Shown here: one piece after another, positions 1-9,009 of the stretch | Position numbering within the stretch: the first letter of the stretch is position 1 | How the letters are laid out: each line of letters starts with the position of its first letter | Assembly (NCBI GenBank): GCA_037446135.1 | Contig: JBBIJD010000011.1 | Coordinates: 1 to 21,387, forward strand | From: Candidatus Fraserbacteria bacterium | Lineage (GTDB): Bacteria > Bipolaricaulota > Bipolaricaulia > RBG-16-55-9 > JANLFV01 | Length of the DNA stretch: 21,387 nucleotides | Direction: 5' to 3' | The notes under the pieces: generated by a model | Told to the model about the DNA's origin: nothing | The model's database searches: none | Seen by the model: the letters and a program-made list of their open reading frames with translations, nothing else | Made by a program: the position numbers and the translations under genes

Positions 1-380
1 CTTCGCCCGGACTACCTCACCGAAGAGCCGTTTGAATCCCAAGATGCGCTTGCAGCGCCCTCCGCCATCCATCGCTCCCCATAGCCTACCCGCTCCTTCC
101 AGCCTGGTGGGTCCTTGAGGTAGGCCCGCACCACCTCCTCCCTGGCCCCACCGCAGTTGGGATTGGAATCCTCACGCACCTTGATCCCCGGCTCAATACC
201 CTCACTGGCCAAGAACTTGAAGTTGTCATGGGAGTCGTAGCCCCCATCCCCAAGAACCTTGTTGACCCGCGCCTTCCTTCGGGCCTTCCTCACCAACGGC
301 GCAAGCTTCTCTCCATCATCAGTCCGCTCATCAGTCACTTCCAGTGAGACCACCTGCTTGGTCTTGGTGTCGACCCCCAC
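1..380 (-). pseudogene. IS5-family (IS903-like group) DDE transposase remnant, 5'-truncated and frameshifted
   Basis: Motifs GVD..(T)..V.LEVT, LGDGGYDS and GYGERWMAE. The expected continuation GFKRLFGEVVRAK is present near positions 1-39 but in another frame. The N-terminal half is absent; homology stops at about 380-386. Confidence 0.85.
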
Positions 381-393
381 GAGGTGATATAAT
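364..393 (+). promoter_or_regulatory. Putative sigma70 promoter (extended -10) for the peptide/methyltransferase operon
   Basis: TGaTATAAT at 385-393 is a perfect extended -10. A weak -35, TTGGTG at 364-369 (18-nt spacer), lies inside the transposase remnant. Confidence 0.55.
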
Positions 394-427
394 GCAAAAG
401 GAAAGGTTAGCGATGGAGGAGTGGGAG

Positions 428-601
428 ATGGATCGGCGAACCCTCTTGCGCCTTGGGAAAGCGGGCTTAGTCGCTCTAGCGGTGGGAGCGTTGATAACTA
501 AGGTCACTGTTCCCAATAATAACGACATCAAGGCCCAAGTCGGTATCGCTTGTGCTCCGGATGAAGACAAGTGCGGACCATGGCGTATTGGCATTACATA
601 G
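428..601 (+). CDS. Short twin-arginine (Tat-like) signal peptide protein; candidate RiPP precursor (57 aa; alternative starts at 392 and 413)
   Basis: SD GGAGGA at 415-420 precedes ATG 428. MDRRTLLR is followed by the hydrophobic stretch LGKAGLVALAVGALI and the C-terminal QVGIACAPDEDKCGPWRIGIT. Lies directly upstream of the methyltransferase. Confidence 0.7.
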   Translation: MDRRTLLRLGKAGLVALAVGALITKVTVPNNNDIKAQVGIACAPDEDKCGPWRIGIT

Positions 602-637
602 TAACTTCTGGGGCCAAGGGTGTCGAGGGAGCAACTA

Positions 638-1840
638 ATGACAAGTATAGAGGCATTGCTGCAACAATTTGTCGCAGGATTAGACTGTATCGTCTCTGAA
701 TCCGTTCGGAATGCCTTTCTGACCGTCGAACGCCATCGCTTTGTGGAAGGTTTCTATCTTCGACAGCAAGATGGAACGTTTGTTTGGCAGCCCTTCGATC
801 CCTTGGCCCCCGATCCAGATCTGCTTTCATACATCTATTCCGACAACTCTCTCCTGATCAAGCTATCACCTCAACCGAGTTCCAGTTCGCAGCCCTGGTT
901 GGTCGCCCGCATGCTCGAATTGCTCGAACTCGATGAAGGTATGCATGTTCTGGAGATTGGTGCAGGTACAGGCTACAACGCCGCACTCATGGCTGAAATC
1001 GTAGGCCACCACGGAAGAGTCACAACCGTTGAAGTACAGAAGGATGTTGCGGAACGGACACGCCGACTCTTGGAGGTCGCAGGCTATAGCCACATCCGTC
1101 TGAGAGTGGGGGATGGCTACTACGGTTGGACAGAGGACGCCCCTTATGACCGGATTGTTGCGACCACGGCCTGCGCCGATATCCCGCCCTCTTGGTGGGA
1201 CCAGCTCCAGCCAAGTGGGTTGATGCTGATTCCTCTCCGCCATGGTGGCCGGCACACTGCCCCACTCGTATTGCTACATAAGGGCGGTGAAGCCAAAGTC
1301 ATCGAATACTCCACCTTCGGACCGGCACAGGGCGGTTTGGACGCACCTGGCCTTTGGCCGGAGGTGAGCGAAGAGGATGTGGCCGCATTCCTGAACCAGC
1401 CACAAACGATCGAAAGAGGATATGTGGATGCCTCCGATCTACAGTGGAAGAGAGTTTGCGTTGACCTCCACTATTTCCTTGGATTAAATGACTTTCGGAC
1501 TTTCGATGGCCCAAGCCGGGAGGCCGGCATCGGCCTTTGGGAAAGCCCCTTCAGTGTCGCATCTCTTTTCCCCTCAGGCGTGATAAAACTGGGAGGCAGG
1601 AGAGCCGAACCGCTGGCGGAACGGCTTACCCAGCTCTATGAGGAGTATTCTACCTTGGACCGCCCGCGGTCTTATTATCGGGATTATCAATCCTATTATC
1701 GGGATTATCAAATACAATTTACTCCGCGGAGGGAGTCGGCGGAGGGAACCGTCCGTATAGAACGCCTTGGGACGAGGGAGTGGGTCATTGAGAGGCCCTA
1801 CACTCGACAGCAGGTGGCCTTAGCAGGAGACCTTCGATGA
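638..1840 (+). CDS. Protein-L-isoaspartate O-methyltransferase (PIMT/PCMT)-like enzyme with long C-terminal extension (RiPP-associated/FxLD-type architecture)
   Basis: VERHRF, SSSSQP.LVARML, SAM motif VLEIGAGTGYNAAL and GDGYYG...APYDRI. About 400 aa versus about 210 aa for housekeeping Pcm. SD GAGGGA at 625-630 favours ATG 638 over GTG 620. Confidence 0.85.
   Translation: MTSIEALLQQFVAGLDCIVSESVRNAFLTVERHRFVEGFYLRQQDGTFVWQPFDPLAPDPDLLSYIYSDNSLLIKLSPQPSSSSQPWLVARMLELLELDEGMHVLEIGAGTGYNAALMAEIVGHHGRVTTVEVQKDVAERTRRLLEVAGYSHIRLRVGDGYYGWTEDAPYDRIVATTACADIPPSWWDQLQPSGLMLIPLRHGGRHTAPLVLLHKGGEAKVIEYSTFGPAQGGLDAPGLWPEVSEEDVAAFLNQPQTIERGYVDASDLQWKRVCVDLHYFLGLNDFRTFDGPSREAGIGLWESPFSVASLFPSGVIKLGGRRAEPLAERLTQLYEEYSTLDRPRSYYRDYQSYYRDYQIQFTPRRESAEGTVRIERLGTREWVIERPYTRQQVALAGDLR
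1670..1711 (+). repeat. 21-bp tandem duplication (SYYRDYQ x2) inside the methyltransferase gene
   Basis: tcttattatcgggattatcaa / tcctattatcgggattatcaa; one synonymous mismatch, in frame. Confidence 0.95.
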
Positions 1841-2934
1841 AACCCCTTCTAGCTAGACTGGTTGGGATCAGTATCGTGATAGGGGTCGGCTTCAGCGTGT
1901 TAATGGGGATCTCGACTGAAAACTCGATTACGCTAACCGTCTGCGCTAGTGGTTGTGACTTTACCACAATTCAAGCAGCGATCGATGCCGCACAGCCAGG
2001 AGGCATAGTTGAGATTCAAGAAGGGAGCTATCAGGATAACATAATTGTGAATAAAGCTGTAACGCTGAAGGGCAAAGGGATAAATGAAGTGAGGCTAATT
2101 GCAAAGGAGGAGGGCAAACCAGGGATCTTAATTGCCGGAGATTCGTTGATAAATGTTAATGTAATCGGATTTATGATCACAGGAGCTAAGGGCTCATGTG
2201 TGGAAGCGATTCGGGTCTGTCCTTTTGGTGTCAGCGTCTTCGGCGCATCGACCGTCACCATCCGTAAGACCCACTTCGTAGCGAATAAATACGGTGTTGT
2301 AGCAGGCGAAGAGAGTCAGATAATGATCCTTGAGAGTATTTTCACCGACAATGAGACTGCAATCATGCTTAGGGACCGGGTGCGTGCGACCATCGGGAAC
2401 ACCTATCTTGAGGGCAATCACTTCGGCATCCTGATGGGACATGATGTTCAGGCCATTTTGGAGGATAATACTATTTCCAAAAGTTATGCGCCCGTCCGTG
2501 TCTGGGATCAGAGCCGAGTAACTATCATTCGGAATATAGTTTCAGAGAATATGACCGGCATAATTGTGAAAGATCAGGCAGATGCCACAATTATGGCAAA
2601 TTCTTTCGCTGATAATGATGAAGAAGCCCTTTGGCTTAGTGGACAGGCGGTGACTAGAGTTCAAGAGAACTCGATATCGGGGCATAAATGGGGAATAGGC
2701 CTTGCTCAACACGTCACAGCAAATATCGTTCAGAATGAGATCATAGAGAACGACTGGGGAGTTTTAATTTGGACAGATCTATGTACAGAGGAAGGGGAAC
2801 CCTTCGCTGGGAGGATTATAGGAAGATCAAATGAAATTCCCGATCCCAATGAACCCCATGCTAACAAACAGGGTGATGTCTGCCCAACCGCTCTGCGATT
2901 TCTTAAAACTGAGCAGGGTGGGGAATATCCATAA
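1837..2934 (+). CDS. Exported or membrane-anchored right-handed parallel beta-helix (pectin-lyase fold/NosD-like) protein
   Basis: N-terminal hydrophobic segment, TVCASGCDFTTIQAAIDAA..G..V.I.EGSY.DNI.V.K.VTL.G cap motif and repeated I..N.I..N..GI units. ATGA overlap with the methyltransferase stop. Confidence 0.85.
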   Translation: MKPLLARLVGISIVIGVGFSVLMGISTENSITLTVCASGCDFTTIQAAIDAAQPGGIVEIQEGSYQDNIIVNKAVTLKGKGINEVRLIAKEEGKPGILIAGDSLINVNVIGFMITGAKGSCVEAIRVCPFGVSVFGASTVTIRKTHFVANKYGVVAGEESQIMILESIFTDNETAIMLRDRVRATIGNTYLEGNHFGILMGHDVQAILEDNTISKSYAPVRVWDQSRVTIIRNIVSENMTGIIVKDQADATIMANSFADNDEEALWLSGQAVTRVQENSISGHKWGIGLAQHVTANIVQNEIIENDWGVLIWTDLCTEEGEPFAGRIIGRSNEIPDPNEPHANKQGDVCPTALRFLKTEQGGEYP

Positions 2935-2947
2935 ATCAGCTCCACCT

Positions 2948-2979
2948 CAAGATACCTCGAGTGTCGAGGTCAGGTCTTG
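2948..2979. terminator. Hairpin between convergent genes, possible terminator
   Basis: acctcga-gtg-tcgaggt (2954-2970), extended by caagat/gtcttg; no clear U tract. Confidence 0.35.
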
Positions 2980-3063
2980 CATTGCAACATTTCAGGCGCT
3001 GGAGGGAGGGGGTAGACCCAGCACATTGGGATTGGGAGAATTCTTGACCCAGTTCTATTCAGC

Positions 3064-3630
3064 TTAGGCGAAGACCTCCCCAAGAGCGATGGCCAGGCCC
3101 GCGAGGAGCGGGGAGTGGAGGACCTCGCCCTTGCGGTAGGTAGCTACCCCTTGGAATCCTCGCTCCCCCAGGGTGAAGACCTCGATCGTCTCTTCCTGAG
3201 GATCGACGATCCAGTATTCTCTCACGCCATGGCGGGCATAGAGCGTCTTCTTATAGCCCCGATCGCGGTCCGCCGTGGCCGGAGAGGTGATCTCTACGAC
3301 TAGGTCCGGAGCCCCGCGGATCTCCTCCTCAGCGATGATGTGCGAACGCTCCCTAGAGATGAAGAAGATATCCGGCTGGACAACCTCCCGCTCCTCGCCC
3401 TCCCCGAGGACGACATCTAGAGGGGCATCGTAGACCTGCCCTAAACGCCGCTCTCGGACAAACTGGCGCAGGACAAACTCCAGATTCCCCGAGATCCGTT
3501 GATGAGCCTCCGTCGGCGATGGGACCATCACCAGCTCCCCTCCTAAAAGCTCATACCGCTTGGTCTCCGATTCCGGCAGGGTCTTGTAATCCTCGTAGGT
3601 GAACCTAATCTTAGCCTTCGGCTCGCCCAT
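3064..3630 (-). CDS. Uma2 family (DUF820) PD-(D/E)xK endonuclease-like protein
   Basis: FTYEDY..LPE...RYEL..GEL.M.PSP...HQ, VQPDI, GAPDLVVEI.SP.T...DRG.K..LYARHGVREYWIVDP. SD GGAGGTG upstream of ATG 3630. Confidence 0.92.
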   Translation of the reverse strand: MGEPKAKIRFTYEDYKTLPESETKRYELLGGELVMVPSPTEAHQRISGNLEFVLRQFVRERRLGQVYDAPLDVVLGEGEEREVVQPDIFFISRERSHIIAEEEIRGAPDLVVEITSPATADRDRGYKKTLYARHGVREYWIVDPQEETIEVFTLGERGFQGVATYRKGEVLHSPLLAGLAIALGEVFA

Positions 3631-3741
3631 CGGCTGCACCTCCCCACTCCAAGTTCGCCGCTCCAGCCTCACTCTAGCCGGCAGTCGGCGCTCTGTCAAG
3701 CTTGGTCTGATGTTTAGCGATGCCTGTCCAGGGGGCCCTTT

Positions 3742-3779
3742 CCCCCTCACCTCAATCCTCTCCCAACTAGGGGAGAGGA
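3742..3779. repeat. REP-like palindromic intergenic element
   Basis: CCCCTCACCTCAA-TCCTCTCCC-aactag-GGGAGAGGA, a 9-bp stem (3756-3764/3771-3779). Resembles the widespread CCCTCACCCCAACCCTCTCCC..GGGAGAGGG repeat. Confidence 0.55.
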
Positions 3780-3811
3780 AGTTGGTCATCGAAACCACGG
3801 TTGACGAGGCG

Positions 3812-4264
3812 TTAAGTCCAGGCCCCCGAGGAGAGCTCATAATCGAGGAGCTCTTCTTCACGAAAGAATAGGGCGATCTCTCGGGCAGCCGTCTCCACTG
3901 AATCGGAGCCGTGGATCAGGTTCTTCGTCAGGTCGAGCCCGAAGTCCCCCCGGATCGTCCCCGGCTCGGCCTCGAAGGGGTTGGTCGCTCCCATCAGTCT
4001 CCTGATGACCTTGATCGCCTCCTCACCCTCGACGACCATCGCCACGACCGGGGAGGAGGTGACGAACTCGACTAACTCCTCAAAGAAGTGCTTCCCGCGA
4101 TGGACCTCATACTGCCGTTCAGCCAGGGCCCGATCGAGTCGGAGGAGCTTCAGCGCCACGATTTTTAAGCCCTTCTTCTCGATCCGGGAGATGATCTCTC
4201 CCACCAGTCCGCGCTGGACCGCATCGGGCTTGAGCATCACGAAAGTCCGCTCGGTCATTTGCAC
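3812..4264 (-). CDS. ndk: Nucleoside-diphosphate kinase
   Basis: [33 protein letters not shown] and N.IHGSDS catalytic His motif. Start is GTG 4264 or ATG 4258. Confidence 0.97.
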   Translation of the reverse strand: MQMTERTFVMLKPDAVQRGLVGEIISRIEKKGLKIVALKLLRLDRALAERQYEVHRGKHFFEELVEFVTSSPVVAMVVEGEEAIKVIRRLMGATNPFEAEPGTIRGDFGLDLTKNLIHGSDSVETAAREIALFFREEELLDYELSSGAWT

Positions 4265-4310
4265 CGCTACCTCCGCTATCAGTCAGGGTCAGAGATGACC
4301 CAATTATAGC

Positions 4311-5405
4311 TTAAGGGAGCTTGGCATACCGCTTCCCGGGGAATTCCTTGATCAGATCTTTGAGTTGGAGCTGGAGGAGGCCGTGCGCCAGCTCAGCGTG
4401 GGAGAGGCCGGTCGCCTCCAGGATCTCATCGAAGTGGAGCGGCTCCCAGTCCAAGGCCGCCAGGAGCTTCTCTTCAAGGGGAGTAAGCTCGGGCCGCGCC
4501 TTCGCCCTTGGGGCCGCCAGCACGGCTTGTAGGTCGGGGAACTCCTCGAGCACATCCTCGACGGTCTCGACCAGTTTAGCCCCCTCGCGTAGAAGGCGAT
4601 GGGCGCCCCGGCTCGCCTCGTCGGTGATCCTCCCCGGGACGGCGAAGACCTCTCGCCCCTGGTCGAGCGCGAGCCGAGCGGTGATCAAAGCCCCGCTCTT
4701 CTCCGGGGCCTCGACGACCACCACCCCGCGGGAGAGGCCGGAGATGATCCGATTCCTCCGGGGGAAGTTCCAGCGGTCCGGCTCGGTCTGGAGGGGGAAC
4801 TCACTGAAGACCGCGCCCGAGGCGGCGATCTCTCTCATCAGCCTCAGGTTCTGCTGGGGATAGGGCCTAGCGAAGCCCGAGCCGAGGACCGCGATCGTCC
4901 GCCCACCGGCGGAAAGGGCCCCCCGATGGGCGGCCGTATCGATCCCCAGTGCCAGCCCGCTCACGACCGTTAAGCCCCGCTCGGCCAAGCCCCTCGCCAA
5001 CTGTTCGGCCACCATCCGCCCGTAGGGGGTCGAACGCCTGGTCCCGACTAGGGCGATCGCCAGCTCGTCCCGCTCCTGGTAATCACCGAGGAGGTAGAGG
5101 ACCGGGGGCGGGACGGCCAGGCCCCGGAGCGGCCTGGGATAGTCAGGATCGGCCAAGGTAATGATCTTGAGGTCGAGCCGGGCGATTCCCTCGAGCTCGG
5201 CCTCGAGGTTCACTTTCGCCCGTTGGGCCACGAACTCCTCAGCCAGATGCTCCAGGCCGGGGATGGCCTGGAGCTGCGCGAGCGGGGCCTCCCAGATCTC
5301 CCTGGCGGAGGGGAAGTGCTCGAGGAGGAGCCGGAACCGGCGAGGGGTGAGGACCATATTCAGGGCGATCCAATAATGCCGCTCCTCGAGCTCCACCAGC
5401 GTCAC
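4311..5405 (-). CDS. dprA: DNA-processing protein DprA (Smf)
   Basis: DYP..L, PPPVLY..G, ALVGTR..TPYG, VVSGLA.GIDTAAH, FPRRNRIISGLS, VVVEA..KSGALITA..A..QGREVFAVPG and a C-terminal winged helix. Confidence 0.96.
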   Translation of the reverse strand: MTLVELEERHYWIALNMVLTPRRFRLLLEHFPSAREIWEAPLAQLQAIPGLEHLAEEFVAQRAKVNLEAELEGIARLDLKIITLADPDYPRPLRGLAVPPPVLYLLGDYQERDELAIALVGTRRSTPYGRMVAEQLARGLAERGLTVVSGLALGIDTAAHRGALSAGGRTIAVLGSGFARPYPQQNLRLMREIAASGAVFSEFPLQTEPDRWNFPRRNRIISGLSRGVVVVEAPEKSGALITARLALDQGREVFAVPGRITDEASRGAHRLLREGAKLVETVEDVLEEFPDLQAVLAAPRAKARPELTPLEEKLLAALDWEPLHFDEILEATGLSHAELAHGLLQLQLKDLIKEFPGKRYAKLP

Positions 5406-5419
5406 CCTTTCTATTCTAG

Positions 5420-6223
5420 CTAGAGCCCCTCTTGGATGTAGCTGATCGTCCGGGGATCGCTAGGCCGGCTGAAGAACCGCTCCGCGGGGCCATGCTCGAC
5501 CAGCTCGCCCAAGTAGAGGAAGAGCACATAATCGGCCAAGCTCCGCGCCTGGCGCAAATTGTGGGTCACCCAGATGATTGTATAGCTCTTCTTGAGCTCC
5601 CGGAAGATCTCGATGATCTTCTTCGCCGAGAGGGGGTCGAGGGCGCTCGTCGGCTCATCGGCTAAGATGATCTCCGGCTCGACGGCTAGGCCTCTTGCCA
5701 GGCAGAGCCGCTGTTGTTGCCCGAGCGAGAGGCTCGAGGCCGGGCTCTTCAACCGGTCCTTCACCTCATCCCAAAGGCCAGCGGCTCGGAGGTTCCGCTC
5801 GACGAGCTCATCGAGGAGCCGCCGGCTCCGCAGCCCGTGGATCCGCAGCCCATAGGCCACATTGTCGTAGATCGACATCGGGAGCGGGGCCGGGCGCTGG
5901 GAGAGGAGCCCCATCTTCTTCCGGATATGGGTCAGATCGACCCCCTCAGAATAGATGTCCACCCCGTCGAGGAGGACCCTTCCGGAGACGCGGGCCCCGT
6001 CGACGAGGTCGATCAGCCGGTTCAGGCACTTCAAGAGGCTGGTCTTCCCGCAGCCGGAGGGGCCGATGACACAGGTGATCTGCCGGTCGGGGATGGCGGC
6101 CGTGATCCCCTTCAGGGCCTGACGGTCCTTATAGAAAAGGTTGAGGCCCTCGACGCGGATGTGGGGCTCGCTCACCCTCACTTCTAGCGCCCTCTCCCCT
6201 GCCTCCCCGAGGCGTGCCTCCAT
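5420..6223 (-). CDS. pstB: PstB-family ABC transporter ATP-binding protein
   Basis: GPSGCGKTSLLKCLNRL, PMSIYDNVAYG, LWDEVKDRL, LSLGQQQRLCLAR.LAVEPEI..DEPTSALDP and VTHN. Confidence 0.9.
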   Translation of the reverse strand: MEARLGEAGERALEVRVSEPHIRVEGLNLFYKDRQALKGITAAIPDRQITCVIGPSGCGKTSLLKCLNRLIDLVDGARVSGRVLLDGVDIYSEGVDLTHIRKKMGLLSQRPAPLPMSIYDNVAYGLRIHGLRSRRLLDELVERNLRAAGLWDEVKDRLKSPASSLSLGQQQRLCLARGLAVEPEIILADEPTSALDPLSAKKIIEIFRELKKSYTIIWVTHNLRQARSLADYVLFLYLGELVEHGPAERFFSRPSDPRTISYIQEGL

Positions 6224-6224
6224 C

Positions 6225-7097
6225 TCACCTCATTATATGCCGGGTCAAGCGCTTGGTGAGGAGCCTGGAGAGGAGGCTGATCACCAGGACGATGATCGTC
6301 AGGATCACCGCCGCGGCGTAGGCCCGCTGCTGGACCTTTGGGAAGGGGGTCCCGAGCTGGAAGAAGACGGCCAATGGGAGGGAAGCGACGGGCCGGAAGA
6401 GGGAGGTGGGCAAGGAGTCAGTGTAGCCGGCGGTGAAGAGGACAGAGGCGGCATCACCAATGGCCCGGCCAAAGGCTAAAAGGACGGCAGTCGAGATCCC
6501 CGGGAGGGCCTGACGGAGGACCACCCTGAGCGCGGTCTCGAGCCGCGTGGCCCCCAGGGCGTAGGAGCTCTCCTTTAATTCCGCCGGGACCGCCCGGACC
6601 ACCTCGTCCATCGCCCGGGCCATCACCGGGAGGATCAGGAGTGCGAGGGCGATGATCCCGCCGAGGAGTGAGGCTCGTAGGCCCAAAAGGACCATCACCG
6701 TAAAGCCGAAGGCCCCATAGACGATCGAGGGGACCCCCCAGAGGACATCGAGCGCGAACCTGATGAACTGGGCGAGTCGCGACCTCCTGAGATACTCCGG
6801 CTGGAGGGAGAGGGCGATGGCCAGGCTCAACCCGAAAGCCAGGATGGTCGCGCCCCCGGCGAGACAGAGCGAGCCGAGGATCGCGTTGAGGATGCCCCCC
6901 TCCCCGCCGAGGTAGTAGCCCCCTTTGGGGGCTTGGCTGAAGATCGCCCAGCTCAGGGCCGGGAGCCCCTTGACCAGGATTGTGGCCAGGATGAGCATGA
7001 GGCTCCCCCCGACGACGATCAGCGCGAGGAGCATCAACCCCAAGAAGAGCCGCTCCTCACAGCGCATCAGGAGCCGCCTGAGTTTAGCCCGACCCAT
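6225..7097 (-). CDS. pstA: PstA-family ABC transporter permease
   Basis: [23 protein letters not shown]-like loop [34 protein letters not shown] and AYAAA.IL. Confidence 0.88.
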   Translation of the reverse strand: MGRAKLRRLLMRCEERLFLGLMLLALIVVGGSLMLILATILVKGLPALSWAIFSQAPKGGYYLGGEGGILNAILGSLCLAGGATILAFGLSLAIALSLQPEYLRRSRLAQFIRFALDVLWGVPSIVYGAFGFTVMVLLGLRASLLGGIIALALLILPVMARAMDEVVRAVPAELKESSYALGATRLETALRVVLRQALPGISTAVLLAFGRAIGDAASVLFTAGYTDSLPTSLFRPVASLPLAVFFQLGTPFPKVQQRAYAAAVILTIIVLVISLLSRLLTKRLTRHIMR

Positions 7098-7099
7098 CT

Positions 7100-8041
7100 C
7101 TACATCGCCCTCCTCACCGCCCGGAGGAGGACGATCCGGGCGAGGATGGTGAAGAGCAGGACGATGAGCAAGAGGACGAGGGCCGCGAGGAGGAGCGCGG
7201 AGTCATAGAGGGGGATCGACATCATCTCCCCGTAGCTATTGGCGATCAGGGCCGGGAGAGGATAGGCGGGATCGAAGATCGAGGCGGGGCCTTCAGCTAC
7301 ATTCCCCACGACCATCAGGACGGCCATCGTCTCCCCGAAGGCCCGCGAGAAGCCTAAGATGATCGCGGCCCCCACGCCTGGGAGGGCCTTCCGGAGGACC
7401 ACATGCTTGATCGTCTGCCACCGGGTGGCCCCTACGGCGAGGGAGGCCTCGCGGAGTTCCTGGGGGACAGCGCGGAGGACCTCCTCGGAGACGGAGATGA
7501 TGATCGGGAAGACCATCACCGCCAGGACGATCCCCCCGGCCAGGACGCTGTAGCCGCTGGAGTTGGCCGTAGAGAATAGGGTGAGCGAGCCGAGGTGAGC
7601 CCTCGCGAACGGCACGAGATGATCCTTGATCAGAGGGATCACAACGAGGACACCCCACATCCCATAGACCACGGAGGGTATCCCGGCCAAAAGGTCGATG
7701 AGCGGCTTAACGGCCGCACGGAGCCGCTCATGGGCATATTCCGCGAGATAGATCGCGACGAGGAGGCAGGGCGGGACGGCAAGGATCATCGCCAAGGCCG
7801 TCACCCAGAGGGTCCCCAAGATGAACGGGCGGAGGCCGAACTCCCCGCGCAAAGGGTGCCAGGCGGAGGAGAAGAGCAGATGCAGTGGGTAGATCCCCAG
7901 GATCGGCCTGGCTCGGAGATAAAGGGCGAAGATGATGATGAAGACGAGCAGCCCGACAAAGATCGTGACGGTAAGCATCAGTCGGCTGGCGACCATCTCC
8001 TGGAGCCTCCGGAGCTGGAGCCCGGGCCTGGACAGGATCAT
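7100..8041 (-). CDS. pstC: PstC-family ABC transporter permease
   Basis: [53 protein letters not shown] and [16 protein letters not shown]. Confidence 0.9.
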   Translation of the reverse strand: MILSRPGLQLRRLQEMVASRLMLTVTIFVGLLVFIIIFALYLRARPILGIYPLHLLFSSAWHPLRGEFGLRPFILGTLWVTALAMILAVPPCLLVAIYLAEYAHERLRAAVKPLIDLLAGIPSVVYGMWGVLVVIPLIKDHLVPFARAHLGSLTLFSTANSSGYSVLAGGIVLAVMVFPIIISVSEEVLRAVPQELREASLAVGATRWQTIKHVVLRKALPGVGAAIILGFSRAFGETMAVLMVVGNVAEGPASIFDPAYPLPALIANSYGEMMSIPLYDSALLLAALVLLLIVLLFTILARIVLLRAVRRAM

Positions 8042-8994
8042 TTGATCCTCCGGACTTGCTCCGCGAGCTGTTCCGGGCTCAACTGGATGTAGCCTGCCTC
8101 CGGGACGAACTGCTGACCCTCGCTCAGGGCCCAGAGGAGGAACTCCCGGACTAGCCCGCTTGGCTTCCCCAGGGTCACAAGATAAAGCTCCCGTGCCGGT
8201 GGGGAGGGGACCCAGCCCTGGGCCACCGCGCGGATGGCTTGGGCCTTCTCCGTGTAAGGCCCTTCTGTGGGCTCGAGCCGCTCGTCCCCATCGAAGTCGA
8301 TGGGGAGGACCACCAGCCCGGGGACCGGCTTCCCGGTCGTGGTATCATAGGCATAGTTGAGGTTGTTGTAGCCGAGGCCTAAAGGGTCCGTGGCCACGGC
8401 TTGAGCCAGCCCGGGGTCGCCGTAGACCCCGATCCCAGTCAGGTCCTCTTGGGAGGAGCCGAGATATTCCGCCCAGGTCTGGGCCGCGCCACAAGCATCC
8501 GATCGGGTGTAAAGGTTGATCGGCGCGGCCACCTCCGGCCTGCCCACCAACTCTCCCCAGGTCAGGGCCCGCTTGCGGACCCAGAGGTCGATGAGCGCTT
8601 CGCGCTTCACGCCTTTAGCGAGGAGGTCCGGGAGGACCGGATTCCTCTCATTCACGGTGGGGAAGACCGCATCCTTGGCGACGGCGATCCCAAAGGCCCC
8701 TCTCGCGGCCTCTTCGGGATAGATCTTACGGGAGACCATCCCCAGATCGGCGAGCCTCCCCAGGACATCAACCATCCCTTTCCCTGCACCTCCGGCGGAG
8801 ATATCGAACTCCACCTTCGGATGGAGCCGCTGGAACTCCTCGCCCCAGCGGACGATCAGCGGGTAGAGGGCCCAGGCCCCGGAGATGGTGAGCCTCCCCG
8901 CCAAGCCCTCGTCGTGGCTGGCCTCTCGCCCGCTGCAGCCACTCAAGCTGAGCAGGAGGAGGCCCAACACCAAGCTGACCACTACTCGGTGCAC
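8038..8994 (-). CDS. pstS: PstS-like substrate-binding lipoprotein with a non-canonical binding pocket
   Basis: PBP fold motifs (L.ISG...LYP, WGEEF, G.G.G, ADLGMVSR, VAKDAV, R.D..G, RELY) and a lipobox LSGC 20 residues after GTG 8994. The ORF track extends it to TTG 9030. Confidence 0.8.
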   Translation of the reverse strand: MHRVVVSLVLGLLLLSLSGCSGREASHDEGLAGRLTISGAWALYPLIVRWGEEFQRLHPKVEFDISAGGAGKGMVDVLGRLADLGMVSRKIYPEEAARGAFGIAVAKDAVFPTVNERNPVLPDLLAKGVKREALIDLWVRKRALTWGELVGRPEVAAPINLYTRSDACGAAQTWAEYLGSSQEDLTGIGVYGDPGLAQAVATDPLGLGYNNLNYAYDTTTGKPVPGLVVLPIDFDGDERLEPTEGPYTEKAQAIRAVAQGWVPSPPARELYLVTLGKPSGLVREFLLWALSEGQQFVPEAGYIQLSPEQLAEQVRRIK

Positions 8995-9009
8995 CCCTCT
9001 ATATTCCAG

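Noticed and set aside
638..1840. Calling the methyltransferase housekeeping pcm
   Set aside because: It is about twice the length, has SSSSQP rather than TISxP, and sits in an island context with no surE nearby, so the symbol was withheld.
3631..3861. N-terminal extension of the Uma2 ORF
   Set aside because: It overlaps ndk and crosses a palindromic repeat; the SD and family start point to ATG 3630.
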